From Candidatus Kapaibacterium sp. (GTDB lineage Bacteria; Bacteroidota; Ignavibacteria; Kapaibacteriales; UBA2268): 64,000 nucleotides of DNA. Both the position numbers and the translations under genes were made by a program. Below the pieces are notes generated by a model, which worked only from the letters and a program-made list of their open reading frames with translations, did no database searches and was not told the origin of the DNA. Shown piece after piece: positions 42,148 through 52,828 of the stretch (positions are counted from its first letter, which is position 1; every line of letters begins with the position of its first letter). The stretch covers positions 5,248,001 through 5,312,000 of the forward strand of contig OY762428.1 of assembly GCA_963665665.1 (NCBI GenBank). Direction: 5' to 3'.

Positions 42148-43416
42148 ATGAAATACCGTCTTACAAGTCTCATGATTTTTTTAATCCTCCCGCTTTTTAT
42201 TTCATGTGGAAATAAAAATGATACAGAAGGAATGTCCGGTACAATTGGCAAAGTGGAAAAACATCATGAAAATGATAATGCAGGTATTGTTTTAAGAAGT
42301 GAGTTTTTCAATAATAAGGAAGAAGTCCAGAAAACAATAGCTCTTCTCGCTGCATTTAATTATAAAATGGGTAAAGTTCTTCTTGATATCGAAGATTGGT
42401 GGATACCCCGGATCATGAAATACGACAACACACCTCAGGGTCAGGAATTAGCTAATTCTTTGAAAGACTATATGAAGTTTGTAAAGAATAATAAATATAA
42501 AACCAACAAAACCATATCCTTGCTACTTGATATCAATTCCGGAAAAATGGATTACTCCAAAGATATTGATCATTATTTTATTGAGTTTTTCAATTATATC
42601 GAACAATTGATCAAAAAAAATGAGCTATTTATAAATTCCACCAACTCGATGGAAAAAATTATTGCATCCGGCGAAGCAGGCAAAAAAGCTGATATGCTTA
42701 ATAATATCCGCGAAGTCAGAGATAAAATGATAATAAAAACAGCTTCTATTGCACTGCTTACCGGCGATTCGAAAACCGCGAAATATGCCCTTGAAAAAGA
42801 GATTCATGATCCTGGTTTGTTGAAAGATATTCCTGCAAAAGAAAAAATCCACCAGGGAGATGCCCGGGCAGTTTTCGAGGACTTTTATGTGGATGAAGAT
42901 AAGATTCTGACATATTATTCGAAAACTGATGATCATGGTTTTTATAGTGGAAATGTTGGATTGGCTGTTTATGCTAATCCCGGAATAGATACGGGAAACC
43001 CCAATCCTATTGAAGTGATTAAATTATTTCAATCCGATATTATTCCCGGAATCGATAACATGAAACAGGTTGCTTTATCAGAGTATAAACTTGAATTTTT
43101 CGCCCGGGAAGAAGTTAAAGTTATCTTATCCCAGGATAAATTGAGTGCCGTATATGCCTTTGATAAACTGAGCACAGATTATTCAGAGTTGCTCTGTTCG
43201 ATTATGGACAAAGAAAAACTGGATTTAATTGATCTTACAGCAAAAGACGAATTGTCCTCAGCAAATAAGAAACTTGGAGTTTATATTTTTGCTTCTGATA
43301 AAATTGGAGATACTGATGATATAATCAAACTTACTCCGGCTATAGAACGAATCGGAGTATATAGCATCCTGGAGTTATTTGGCAATAAAAACGAAGATTT
43401 AGATTTGCAGGAATAA
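42148..43416 (+). CDS. Hypothetical lipoprotein
   Basis: GGAG RBS, lipobox FISC, long ORF, no recognised domain. Confidence 0.75.
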   Translation: MKYRLTSLMIFLILPLFISCGNKNDTEGMSGTIGKVEKHHENDNAGIVLRSEFFNNKEEVQKTIALLAAFNYKMGKVLLDIEDWWIPRIMKYDNTPQGQELANSLKDYMKFVKNNKYKTNKTISLLLDINSGKMDYSKDIDHYFIEFFNYIEQLIKKNELFINSTNSMEKIIASGEAGKKADMLNNIREVRDKMIIKTASIALLTGDSKTAKYALEKEIHDPGLLKDIPAKEKIHQGDARAVFEDFYVDEDKILTYYSKTDDHGFYSGNVGLAVYANPGIDTGNPNPIEVIKLFQSDIIPGIDNMKQVALSEYKLEFFAREEVKVILSQDKLSAVYAFDKLSTDYSELLCSIMDKEKLDLIDLTAKDELSSANKKLGVYIFASDKIGDTDDIIKLTPAIERIGVYSILELFGNKNEDLDLQE

Positions 43417-43530
43417 ATGGCAATTACTCATCCGATGACTTCAAGTCATCGGATGAGTAAATAAAAAGCCCCGTTAATATCTACCCCGGAAATCAATGGA
43501 AGAATGATGTACAAAGAGTTACGGACGGAA

Positions 43531-46491
43531 ATGAAGAAGATAATTTTTACAGTGATATTTATCATTACTACAATTCAATTACACTCGCAGGTAATGGAAT
43601 ATTCCTACGAGGACCTGGATCTATTTTATTTCGATCCAAGGCATTCTTACCTGATTCCACATGCTGCCGGTACATTTGTAAATGCAATGGAATTCCACAA
43701 GAAATTCTGGGATTACACTCCAAGCGAAGACGTGCAGATACTACTGAATGATTTTTCCGATGACGGTAACGGAGGTACTATCGTGATTCCGTGGAATTTT
43801 ATATCACTTGGGATTGCTCCCTTCGAATATACATTCGATGTTATTCCGTCCAATGAACGTATGCAGTGGCTTATGAACCATGAGCTTGTCCATGTGGTAA
43901 TGTGCGACAAAGCTTCCCCGGGGGATAACTTCTGGCGTTCCATTTTCCTCGGAAAAGTCGGACAGGATCCGAACGATCCTTTATCAATGGTATACAGCTA
44001 TCTTACAACTCCCCGCTGGTATTCCCCGCGCTGGTATCACGAAGGCATAGCTGTTTTCATGGAAACATGGATGTCCGGCGGCCTTGGCCGTACTCTTGGT
44101 GGTTATGACGAAATGGTATTTCGTTCGATGTATCTTGATTCCGCGTATTTCTACAGGGTTGTGGGCCTTGAAACAGAGGGAACAACAATTGATTTCCAGG
44201 TGGGAGTAAATGCATATCTTTATGGAACACGTTTTATTGCATGGCTGGCAAAAACTTATGGAGTAGAGAAAGTTCGTGCCTTTTATTCAAGAACTGATGA
44301 TTCTGATAAATTCTATGCTTCCCAGTTCGAAAAAGTTTTTAATATCGACGTAGAAGATGCATGGGAAAATTGGATAGCATGGGAGAAAGAACATCAAAAG
44401 TCCAATATCGAAAAAGTAAATAAATATCCTGTAACTGATTTCCGAAATATTACTTTCGAACCACTCGGCACGGTTTCACGACCTTTTATTGATTCTGAGA
44501 CAGGGAAGATCATTGTTGCTGTGAACTATCCCGGAGATATGGCACATGTGGAAAGCATTGATATTGAAACAGGCCAAAGAGAAAGAATTTGCGAAATAAT
44601 CACCCCTAAACTCAACTATGTTACCAGCTTGTGCTATGATGAAGTATCGAAAACCGTTTTTATGGCCGAAACCAACAATAATTGGAGGGGGCTGAGTAAA
44701 TATAATATTAAAACAGATGAAAAAGAATACCTGATTGAAACCACACGTGCGGGAGATTTCGCACTTAACAATAAAGACAGATCCCTGTGGGCAGTACAGA
44801 ATATGAGCGGCAGGACTTCACTAATACGTATTCCGCCGCCGTATAATACATTCGATATTATTTTTACTATTCCCTACGGGAAGTCGCTTTTTGATATTGA
44901 TGTCTCCCCTGACGGTGAAATGCTAAGCGCCACATGGTCCGAACTCAGCGGAAGGCAATCACTTGTTTGCTTTAATATCAGGGAACTGATAAACGGCAAT
45001 AGCGATAAAAGAACACTTTTTGAATTCGAGGATAATTCCGTATCAAATTTTGTTTTCTCCCCCGACGGAACAAAACTTTACGGAACTTCATATTATACCG
45101 GAATTTCAAATATTTTTGAAATTGATGTTGAAACAGGCGAAATGCAAGCCCTGTCCAACGCGGAGGCCGGACTTTTCCGCCCTACTCCTGTTGGAAATGA
45201 TTCCCTGCTCGTGTTCAAATACACACGCAACGGTATGCTGCCTGTGATGACAGGGATAAACCCGATAGAAGATATTGAACCAATTGATTACTTAGGGCAG
45301 ATGGTAGTTGAAAAAAATCCGATTGTAAAAGAATGGGCTTTGGAGCCTGCTGCAAAAGCCGTTATGCTTGATACAAATATTGCCAGCGAAGAGCCTTTCA
45401 GCCTTTTCACCGGTATTGGCCTTGCCTCGGGCTACCCGATTGTTGAAGGATATAAAAAATATGCCGCATTCGGATATAAAATAAATTTCAGGGATCCCCT
45501 TGGAATGCACAACCTGCAATTAAAATCTTCATATACAGCAAACAGCAATCTGCCGGAAAAAGAAAGGCTTCATGCCGGAATTTCCTATAACTACTGGGAC
45601 TGGTATATAAACGCCGCGTACAACCCGGCGGATTTCTATGATCTTTTCGGGCCTGTAAAACTGGGCCGTGCCGGATGGTTCGCCTCGGTGAAATACCACA
45701 AGGACCTGATATACAATCACAAGCCACACCATTCGGATTTTTACCTTCGCCTTAGCGCTTATGGCGACCTGGAAAAAATGCCTTCATACCAGAACGTTAA
45801 TGCCTCCTTTGATAAACTTTATACAGCGACAGCTCAATTCCACAGGAACTTCTTCCGTAAAAGCCTTGGATCGATAGAACCTGAATCCGGCTATGATATT
45901 AAGATATGGTCGCATACAAATCTTGCCAACGAGGAATTCTATCCTCTGCTGTTTGGGCAGTTTGATTTTGGAGGCCTCCTCCCTATGCGCAATTCTTCAA
46001 TCTGGCTTCGTACAGCAGCCGGACATTCATTAAAAGATGACGGAAGCCCATTCGGAAATTTTTATTTCGGCGGATTCGGCAATAATTATATAGATCGTTT
46101 CAATCCACAGGATATGAAAAATTCAGACTACCTTGCCGTGAAAAAATACAGGATGCTTGAATCCTTCCCCGGGCGTGACCTGAATGAACTGGAAGGACGC
46201 AATTTTGTTAAAAGTTTTGCCGAAGTGAACTTTACACCAATTCGTTTCCGCAGGCTGGGATTCCTGTATATGTACAGCACTTATGCTCAGTTTTCATGCT
46301 TTGCCGGCGGTATAATTCTTAACCCGGATAAAGATTACCGCCGCCAGGTTTATAATATCGGTGGACAACTTGATTTCCAGGTGGTATTCTTCTCATTGTT
46401 GAAAACCACACTTTCATTTGGCTATGCCCGCTCCTTCGAGAATGGACTCCGCCCCGACGAAGAATTTATGATTTCATTGAAATTGCTTTAA
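43531..46491 (+). CDS. Outer-membrane protein: gluzincin-like domain, TolB-like propeller and C-terminal beta-barrel
   Basis: HELVH...WYHEG, SPDG repeats, alternating aromatic beta-strands at the C-terminus. Confidence 0.75.
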   Translation: MKKIIFTVIFIITTIQLHSQVMEYSYEDLDLFYFDPRHSYLIPHAAGTFVNAMEFHKKFWDYTPSEDVQILLNDFSDDGNGGTIVIPWNFISLGIAPFEYTFDVIPSNERMQWLMNHELVHVVMCDKASPGDNFWRSIFLGKVGQDPNDPLSMVYSYLTTPRWYSPRWYHEGIAVFMETWMSGGLGRTLGGYDEMVFRSMYLDSAYFYRVVGLETEGTTIDFQVGVNAYLYGTRFIAWLAKTYGVEKVRAFYSRTDDSDKFYASQFEKVFNIDVEDAWENWIAWEKEHQKSNIEKVNKYPVTDFRNITFEPLGTVSRPFIDSETGKIIVAVNYPGDMAHVESIDIETGQRERICEIITPKLNYVTSLCYDEVSKTVFMAETNNNWRGLSKYNIKTDEKEYLIETTRAGDFALNNKDRSLWAVQNMSGRTSLIRIPPPYNTFDIIFTIPYGKSLFDIDVSPDGEMLSATWSELSGRQSLVCFNIRELINGNSDKRTLFEFEDNSVSNFVFSPDGTKLYGTSYYTGISNIFEIDVETGEMQALSNAEAGLFRPTPVGNDSLLVFKYTRNGMLPVMTGINPIEDIEPIDYLGQMVVEKNPIVKEWALEPAAKAVMLDTNIASEEPFSLFTGIGLASGYPIVEGYKKYAAFGYKINFRDPLGMHNLQLKSSYTANSNLPEKERLHAGISYNYWDWYINAAYNPADFYDLFGPVKLGRAGWFASVKYHKDLIYNHKPHHSDFYLRLSAYGDLEKMPSYQNVNASFDKLYTATAQFHRNFFRKSLGSIEPESGYDIKIWSHTNLANEEFYPLLFGQFDFGGLLPMRNSSIWLRTAAGHSLKDDGSPFGNFYFGGFGNNYIDRFNPQDMKNSDYLAVKKYRMLESFPGRDLNELEGRNFVKSFAEVNFTPIRFRRLGFLYMYSTYAQFSCFAGGIILNPDKDYRRQVYNIGGQLDFQVVFFSLLKTTLSFGYARSFENGLRPDEEFMISLKLL

Positions 46492-46512
46492 GAGGACTTC
46501 TGTTGATTTCCA

Positions 46513-48432
46513 CTCCGTCCCGTGCCCGGCTTGGGATGGAGAAACCTGTCCCCGATCCATCGGGACAGGTCGATGGTGGTTTCTTAAAAATTCCCCTCGT
46601 TGAGGGGTGGCGTGCGCAGCGAGTCGGGGTGGATTCTTTTTCTTAGTCCCAAGGTATTATTATCCACGAACTAAAGCACGTGGCTATTGAATTTGACGAT
46701 TATAAAGCTGGAAGGTCATTCTGAGCGCCAGCGAAGAATCCATTCTTTATGCACTATCTGCAAACGAAAATGGATTCTTCAGTCGCAAGAGCATCGGAAT
46801 TATATAAAAAGCTCCGTAGGAGCGGAATTTTTGTAGATAATTTTTACATTGCGATTATTAAAAGCTCCGTAGGAGCGACACAATCTTTTGCCAATGTCGC
46901 CCCTACGGGGCTGTTGTCCTTTCCGGATTCGCCTTTCTACAAAAATGTCGCGGCTACGCCGCTGTCGATTTTTCTCTCTCATTACGAAGTTGTACTTCGT
47001 AATGCAGTTTTCCTGAAACTGAGCTTCATAATTCCAAAGTAGAACTTTGCAAGAAATATTCCTTCCCAAGTACAACTTGGGAAGGAGGGAAATAACAACA
47101 TAATACCTCCTTCTCCGGCCATTATACCCCGTTCTTCCATCCCAATGAACAGGCCGCCGGCCTTAATTCCCCATCCTGTGGTTTCAATGAACCGGATAAT
47201 TTCCTTATTTCAATGCTGTTTCGAACCAGAATCCAAATGTTTGGGCTAATTGCTTTGTTGGCAGGGCTTTAAACTGCCTTGGCCGGAGGTATTGAACTAC
47301 TGTTTGGCCTTAATGTAGTGAAATTTGGCCTCATTGAACACTTGGTTGACCTTATTGAACACTTGGTTGATCTTACTGAACACTTGGTTGGCTTTACTGA
47401 ACACTTGGTTGACCTTATTGAACACTTGGTTGGCTTTACTGAACACTTGGTTGACCTTACTGAACACTTGGTTGATCTTACTGAACACTTGGTTGATCTT
47501 ACTGAACACTTGGTTGGCTTTACTGAACACTTGGTTGACCTTACTGAACACTTGGTTGACCTTACTGAACACTTGGTTGACCTTACTGAACATGTTCTTT
47601 GCCTCCGACCAAGAGTTCAATGCCTCCGACCAAGGCGTCAATGCCTTCAACCAAGGCGTCAATAACTCCGACCAAGGCATCATTATCTTCAACCAAGGCA
47701 TCATTATCTTCAACCAAGGCATCATTATCTTCAACCAAGGCATCATTATCTTCAACCAAGGCATCATTATCTTCAACCAAGGCATCATTATCTTCAACCA
47801 AGGCATCATTATCTTCAACCAAGGCATCATTATCTTCAACCAAGGCGTCAATATCATCAAACATCGGTGCAATAGCTTCAACCAAGAGTTCATTATCTTC
47901 AACCAAGGCGGCAATAAAGCAAAACATTGCTGCAATAGGTGCAAACAAGAGTTCATTATCTTCAAACATCGGGGCATTGCTTCTGACCCCTCCCAAACCC
48001 TCCCCGAAGGAGAGGGCTTTGAAGAAGAACAAGGCGGCAATGACTTAGAACATCGGTGCATTACCATAGACTCTTCCTACCTCCCCCCGGCCCCCTCCTT
48101 CGAAAGGAGGGGGAGTTAATTCTATGTTATTTAACTTCTTATCCCCTCCTAATGTAGGAGGGGAATACAGGGGTGGTTTCTTAAAAATTCCCCTCGTTGA
48201 GGGGTGGCGAGCGCAGCGAGACGGGGTGGTTTCTTTTTCCATAGCTTCTGGTCAGGGCGTCATTATCCACGAGATAGAGCACCTGGCTATCGAATTTGAC
48301 GATTATAAGGCTGGAAGGTCATTCTGAGCGCCAGCGAAGAATCCATTCTTCACACACTATCTGCAAACAAAGATGGATTCTTCACTTTGTTCAGAATGAC
48401 CTACAGGAATGTCCCCAGCTGGCGGGGGACAG
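46513..48432. repeat. Composite non-coding repeat locus A: REP-like palindrome mosaic around a 21-bp-unit foldback
   Basis: Direct repeat 46575-46780 ~ 48172-48383; GCTCCGTAGGAGC units (46811, 46864); CATTACGAAGTTGTACTTCGTAATG (46980); CCTTCCCAAGTACAACTTGGGAAGG (47061); CCCCTCC...GGAGGGG hairpins. Confidence 0.9.
47111..48075. repeat. Foldback A: two inverted arms of about 23 x 21-bp units around GAACATGTTC (47588-47597)
   Basis: Left arm has 12 near-identical TTGGTTGACCTTACTGAACAC units. Right arm includes 8 identical GCATCATTATCTTCAACCAAG units (47677-47844). The arms are complementary in register. Confidence 0.9.
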
Positions 48433-48475
48433 TTCTTTTCATAGATTTATTAAAATTCAGGGAGGAATTAAATAT

Positions 48476-48811
48476 TTAATAATCATCGATGATATCGGGT
48501 TCCCAGAGATGTTTATCCAGGTCAACAGCTTCGGCTTTGAATGTTATTCCTTCGGACAGCAGTAATTCTTTCATCCTGAAAGGTGTGCCAAAGTGTATCT
48601 TGCCGCTTAGTTCACCAAGACGATTAACAACCCGGTGGGCGGGTATATCGCTGTCATCGCCAATTCCGTTCAGTGCCCAGCCAACCATCCTGGCTCCTGA
48701 TGCAAGCCCGGCAGCCCTGGCTACCCTGCCGTATGTACACACTTTGCCGGCTGGTATCTGCCGGACAACTGCATATACTTTTTGGAAAAAATCTTTATTC
48801 TTTTCAGCCAT
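48476..48811 (-). CDS. Alkyltransferase-like (ATL/MGMT family) protein
   Basis: IPAGKVCTYG, ARMVGWAL, PAHRVV (no catalytic Cys). Confidence 0.92.
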   Translation of the reverse strand: MAEKNKDFFQKVYAVVRQIPAGKVCTYGRVARAAGLASGARMVGWALNGIGDDSDIPAHRVVNRLGELSGKIHFGTPFRMKELLLSEGITFKAEAVDLDKHLWEPDIIDDY

Positions 48812-48848
48812 TTTGAATGATGTTTTGATCATTAAATAAAAAATATTG

Positions 48849-49376
48849 CTAATAATTTGATTCGTCCCGCCATGTAAATATTTTCCACGGATCTGAACCC
48901 TTGCTGCGTTTTAAATTGAAATTTGCCCTGCCCTGAATACGGATAATATCACTTGGGCTGAATATTATTTGCAGTGTGAACCCTCTGGATATCTCCCGTG
49001 TCAGGCTGTCGCCGGAGGAAACAACGACATCATTCCATATCAGGTCCAGATTTTGGGTGGCATTGAACAGCCGCGAAGTAGTTAGCATATCTTCCTCGCG
49101 GCCCCAGGATACATCCACGCCCCGATCGTAGTTACTGAAAACGAAAGTAAAATCATCAGCAAGCAGGTTGCCGTAAACAACTGTATCTTTAAAAAGGTAA
49201 GCATAGCGGAAGTTCTGAAAAACTCCGTCTGTTTCCGTTTGGTCGCCGAGAACTGCATCACCGGAATCACTATCGTCGAGCCCTGGGGCAAAAGGATTGA
49301 CACAGGAAACAAGAATAAATAACAGAAGGAATAAAATTCCCCTGCTGAAATTACTGATATTGAAAAACCGAACCAT
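48849..49376 (-). CDS. Hypothetical lipoprotein (NTF2-like fold plausible)
   Basis: LVSCVNPFAP lipobox; LLADDFTF, WKIFTWRDES. Confidence 0.7.
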   Translation of the reverse strand: MVRFFNISNFSRGILFLLLFILVSCVNPFAPGLDDSDSGDAVLGDQTETDGVFQNFRYAYLFKDTVVYGNLLADDFTFVFSNYDRGVDVSWGREEDMLTTSRLFNATQNLDLIWNDVVVSSGDSLTREISRGFTLQIIFSPSDIIRIQGRANFNLKRSKGSDPWKIFTWRDESNY

Positions 49377-49380
49377 GCAA

Positions 49381-50532
49381 CTATGACGGTTTGCCGGCCA
49401 GTGGTAGTGTAAATATAAAGTTGCTTCCCTCTCCCGGTTCGCTTTCAACCCATATCTTGCCAAACATATCCTCTATCAGTTTCTTAACAATGGACAGACC
49501 CAATCCGGTTGAGTTTTCTGAACCTGTCGGGCGGGCACTTAGTTTTGCAAATTTCTGAAATAATTTCTTTCTGTCTTCTTCGGTAATTCCCGGGCCCTGA
49601 TCCTGGACTTCAACTTTTACATAGTGCCTTTCCGTGATTATTGATGCCCTGATCCATATCTTTTTTTCGATAGGCGAAAATTTAATAGCATTGGATATCA
49701 GGTTGTCGAGTATCTGATTAATTTTGTTTAAATCAGCAAAAACGGGGATTTCTTCCTCGGGAACATCAATTATAAGTTCAATACTTTTTTCCTCCGCTCT
49801 CATCACGAATCTTTTCATTGCCGTGTTAAGTTCCGAACACATGTCGAAATCAGTAAAATCCATTTTCATCTTGCCTTCTTCAATGGCATTAATATCAAGA
49901 AGGTCGGTTACTAATGAAAACATATTCTGTGCAGATTTATAAATATCCTTACTAAAATCCTTTATTTCATCCATAGAAAGCTCAAAATCCCCCCTTACAA
50001 TAACCTCTGACAGGCCAAGAATAGCTCCGAGCGGATTTTTCAAGTCGTGGGCAGTAATCCCGATAAATTCGTTTTTATCCTTGTTCAGCTTAATTAGCTT
50101 TTCATTCTGTTCCATTATCAGGTCTTTGGAAAGCTTCAATTCCGTATGAGTTCTAATACGTGAAAGCAGCTCTTCTTTCTTAAATGGTTTGGTGATATAG
50201 TCAACACCACCAAGGTTAAATCCCTGAACAATGTCCTCGGTTTCCGTTTTGGCAGTCAGGAAAATCACGGGAATTTCTTCTGTTTCAGGATTTGCCTTCA
50301 AATGCCGGATAACCTCGAAGCCACTCATTTCAGGCATCATGATATCCAACAGGATCAAATCCGGCTTATCGGCTTTAACCATCTCGATAGCATCTTTACC
50401 GTTATCTGCCACAGAAATCTCAAATCCGGCTTCTTCAAGAATGGTACCGATAACCTGTAAATTTTTCAATATATCGTCTACTACCAGTACGTATGGTATT
50501 TTATTATCAATTATATCTGATGGAATTATCAT
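49381..50532 (-). CDS. Hybrid response regulator/histidine kinase (REC-HisKA-HATPase)
   Basis: VVDD, LLDIMMP, AHDLKNPL, NLISNAIKFS, DQGPG, GLGL. Confidence 0.93.
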   Translation of the reverse strand: MIIPSDIIDNKIPYVLVVDDILKNLQVIGTILEEAGFEISVADNGKDAIEMVKADKPDLILLDIMMPEMSGFEVIRHLKANPETEEIPVIFLTAKTETEDIVQGFNLGGVDYITKPFKKEELLSRIRTHTELKLSKDLIMEQNEKLIKLNKDKNEFIGITAHDLKNPLGAILGLSEVIVRGDFELSMDEIKDFSKDIYKSAQNMFSLVTDLLDINAIEEGKMKMDFTDFDMCSELNTAMKRFVMRAEEKSIELIIDVPEEEIPVFADLNKINQILDNLISNAIKFSPIEKKIWIRASIITERHYVKVEVQDQGPGITEEDRKKLFQKFAKLSARPTGSENSTGLGLSIVKKLIEDMFGKIWVESEPGEGSNFIFTLPLAGKPS

Positions 50533-50579
50533 GTTTTCTCCGTTTTAAAATCCTTCATTCCACTTCACGCTGCGATATT

Positions 50580-52616
50580 CTATAATTTAGCATTATCGAG
50601 ATAATTTTTCAACTCATCAATCAAATTATCGTAATTTTTTAATAATTTTTTTACTTTCTGCTGGTCAAAATTGTTTGCAGCCTTAAGCAAATCATTCCCA
50701 AAGTCACTTATCAGTCCTGTCTGATAACTGTTTCCTGCATCAACAATTTCAAATGCCAGCTCCTTAATCAGTTTCATTCTGCCTGATTTTTTTAATTCAT
50801 CCACTTTAGGGCTGATAAATTTATCAAGCAGGTCCAGCAATATTTTTATCTGATCCGGAAATTCCGAATATCTGGATTCTGTTTCAGACTCGATCAAAAC
50901 TTCCGTTTCACTTTCAATTGTTTCAAAATAAAGGAATTTTCTCATTTCTAACAACAAATTGACGGCTGAAACAGGTTTTTTTACGTAAGAATCTATTCCT
51001 GTATCAAAAAGTTTATCTTTTTCTTCTTCCATCGCAAAAGCAGTTAAACCAATAATGGGTATAGAAGCCGTACCCGGATTTGATTTCAATATAATTGTAG
51101 CTTCAAATCCATCCATTACAGGCATTTTCATATCCATTAAAATAATATCAGGCTTAAAATGCTTCAGTATCTCTACAGCATCCCGGCCATTATCAGTTTC
51201 GTATATATCACTGACTTTATCTTTCAGGATTTCTTTAATGTATTTCCTGTTGTTTTCAACATCATCGGCAATCAAAATCTTTGAACCAGGAAAAATAATA
51301 TTAGTATCAAGTTCGGATTTTGTTTCTGAATAGACAATTTCTTCTTCTGCCGCAATTTCAATTTCGGGCAGGAACACAGTAAATTTTGTACCTCTGTCAG
51401 AGCTTTCAAGGGAAATCGAGCCTCCCATCAATTCAACAAGCCTTTTGGTAATAGTAAGCCCGAGGCCGGTTCCGCCATAGGATTCTGAGTTATTGCTAAC
51501 AGGCTGATAAAATGCTTCGAATACATGTACAATATCTTTTTCAGGAATGCCAATACCGCTGTCCTCCACAATAATTGCAATGCTGGCAATATTTCCGTCA
51601 TTCACGATGTTTGTAGCAGCCAGCCTTATAAAACCTTTTCTTGTAAATTTAACAGCGTTACCCATCAGGTTTATAAGAATTTGTCTCAATCTTGATTCAT
51701 CAACGATCAGGTAAGCAGGAAGATCGTCGTCGATTTCAATACGCATTTCAAGGTCCTTATCCTCGATTCTCAGAATAAATACACCCCGGATATCCGATAA
51801 GAGCCTTTTTATATCAAGGGGCTTAGGTGCAAGGCTGATTTTATCGGCTTCAATTTTTGATAAGTCGAGTATATCATTTATAAGATCCAGAAGATTTTTA
51901 CTGCTGTTAACCACCGAACTGATGTATTCAATATTTTTCGGATCTTTTATTCTGCTCGACAAAAGCTCACTGAATCCAATGATTGCATTCATAGGAGTTC
52001 GGATTTCATGTGACATATTTGCCACGAATTCGCTTTTCAGCCTGTTTGCCGCATCGGCTTTTTCTTTGGCGCGTATAAGGTCCTTTTCAACTTTTTTTCT
52101 TATTGCGATCTCTTCGCTTAATTGTTTAAGATATTTATTTTTTACCTCAACATTGGCACGCAATGAAATATTAGAAAGGGTAAGTTTTTTCAGTTTTATC
52201 AGTGTTTGTGTTCTTGCCAGAAGTTCCCGGTTGTTAAAGGGCTTTACAAGATAGTCATTGGCCCCTGCTTCAAGGCCTTTCACTACATCCTCGGTTTCTT
52301 TCAGTGAAGTCAGGAATAATACAGGAAGTTCATAAAGGCTGAATTTCTTCCTGACATTTGCACATACTTCGTGTCCGTCCATGCCGGGCATCATAACGTC
52401 CAGAATAATCAGGTCAATCCCCTTTATCTGGCTTACTATCTGCAATGCCCTTTCTCCATTTTCGGCTTTGTAGGTTTTGTATCCAAAATGATTCAGGTAT
52501 TTTTCTATAAGCCTCAATGTCATAACATTATCATCAACCACTAATACAATGTTTGACTTTTCTGCGGCCTTGTTGATATGTTCATCTGTTGATTGCATTA
52601 ACTTTTTTCCGGACAT
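50580..52616 (-). CDS. Hybrid histidine kinase (REC-HisKA-HATPase-REC)
   Basis: LDVMMP, MSHEIRTPMNAI, NLMGNAVKFT, DSGIG, GTGLGL, MDMKMP. Confidence 0.93.
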   Translation of the reverse strand: MSGKKLMQSTDEHINKAAEKSNIVLVVDDNVMTLRLIEKYLNHFGYKTYKAENGERALQIVSQIKGIDLIILDVMMPGMDGHEVCANVRKKFSLYELPVLFLTSLKETEDVVKGLEAGANDYLVKPFNNRELLARTQTLIKLKKLTLSNISLRANVEVKNKYLKQLSEEIAIRKKVEKDLIRAKEKADAANRLKSEFVANMSHEIRTPMNAIIGFSELLSSRIKDPKNIEYISSVVNSSKNLLDLINDILDLSKIEADKISLAPKPLDIKRLLSDIRGVFILRIEDKDLEMRIEIDDDLPAYLIVDESRLRQILINLMGNAVKFTRKGFIRLAATNIVNDGNIASIAIIVEDSGIGIPEKDIVHVFEAFYQPVSNNSESYGGTGLGLTITKRLVELMGGSISLESSDRGTKFTVFLPEIEIAAEEEIVYSETKSELDTNIIFPGSKILIADDVENNRKYIKEILKDKVSDIYETDNGRDAVEILKHFKPDIILMDMKMPVMDGFEATIILKSNPGTASIPIIGLTAFAMEEEKDKLFDTGIDSYVKKPVSAVNLLLEMRKFLYFETIESETEVLIESETESRYSEFPDQIKILLDLLDKFISPKVDELKKSGRMKLIKELAFEIVDAGNSYQTGLISDFGNDLLKAANNFDQQKVKKLLKNYDNLIDELKNYLDNAKL

Positions 52617-52828
52617 CTGTTTTATTTATAATACCAATACCTTTATTCAGCACCAAACTTCACGAATTTATTATCAATAATTAAACCATTTTTTATGCTA
52701 AAATCGTAATATTATTTCAGGTTACAAATTATTAATTATCTTTAATAAAACAAAATATTAAAAATAATATTTCCAATTCGAAATTTATCTTCTATATTTG
52801 CCTGTAAGTTAAATAATCCGGTAAAGAA

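Noticed and set aside
47279-48119. Heptad-repeat ORFs over foldback A (DLTEHLV, KVNQVFS, NQGIIIF, LVEDNDA)
   Set aside because: Almost all frames are open simply because the units lack stops; there is no convincing RBS/start, and the unit frame has a conserved stop upstream. The KVNQVFS versus KVKQAWD similarity keeps a coding role possible but unproven
48124-48327. HEIEH (HExxH) motif in a short ORF
   Set aside because: Lies in a palindromic repeat module; the copy in locus B reads HALKH, so the motif is not conserved
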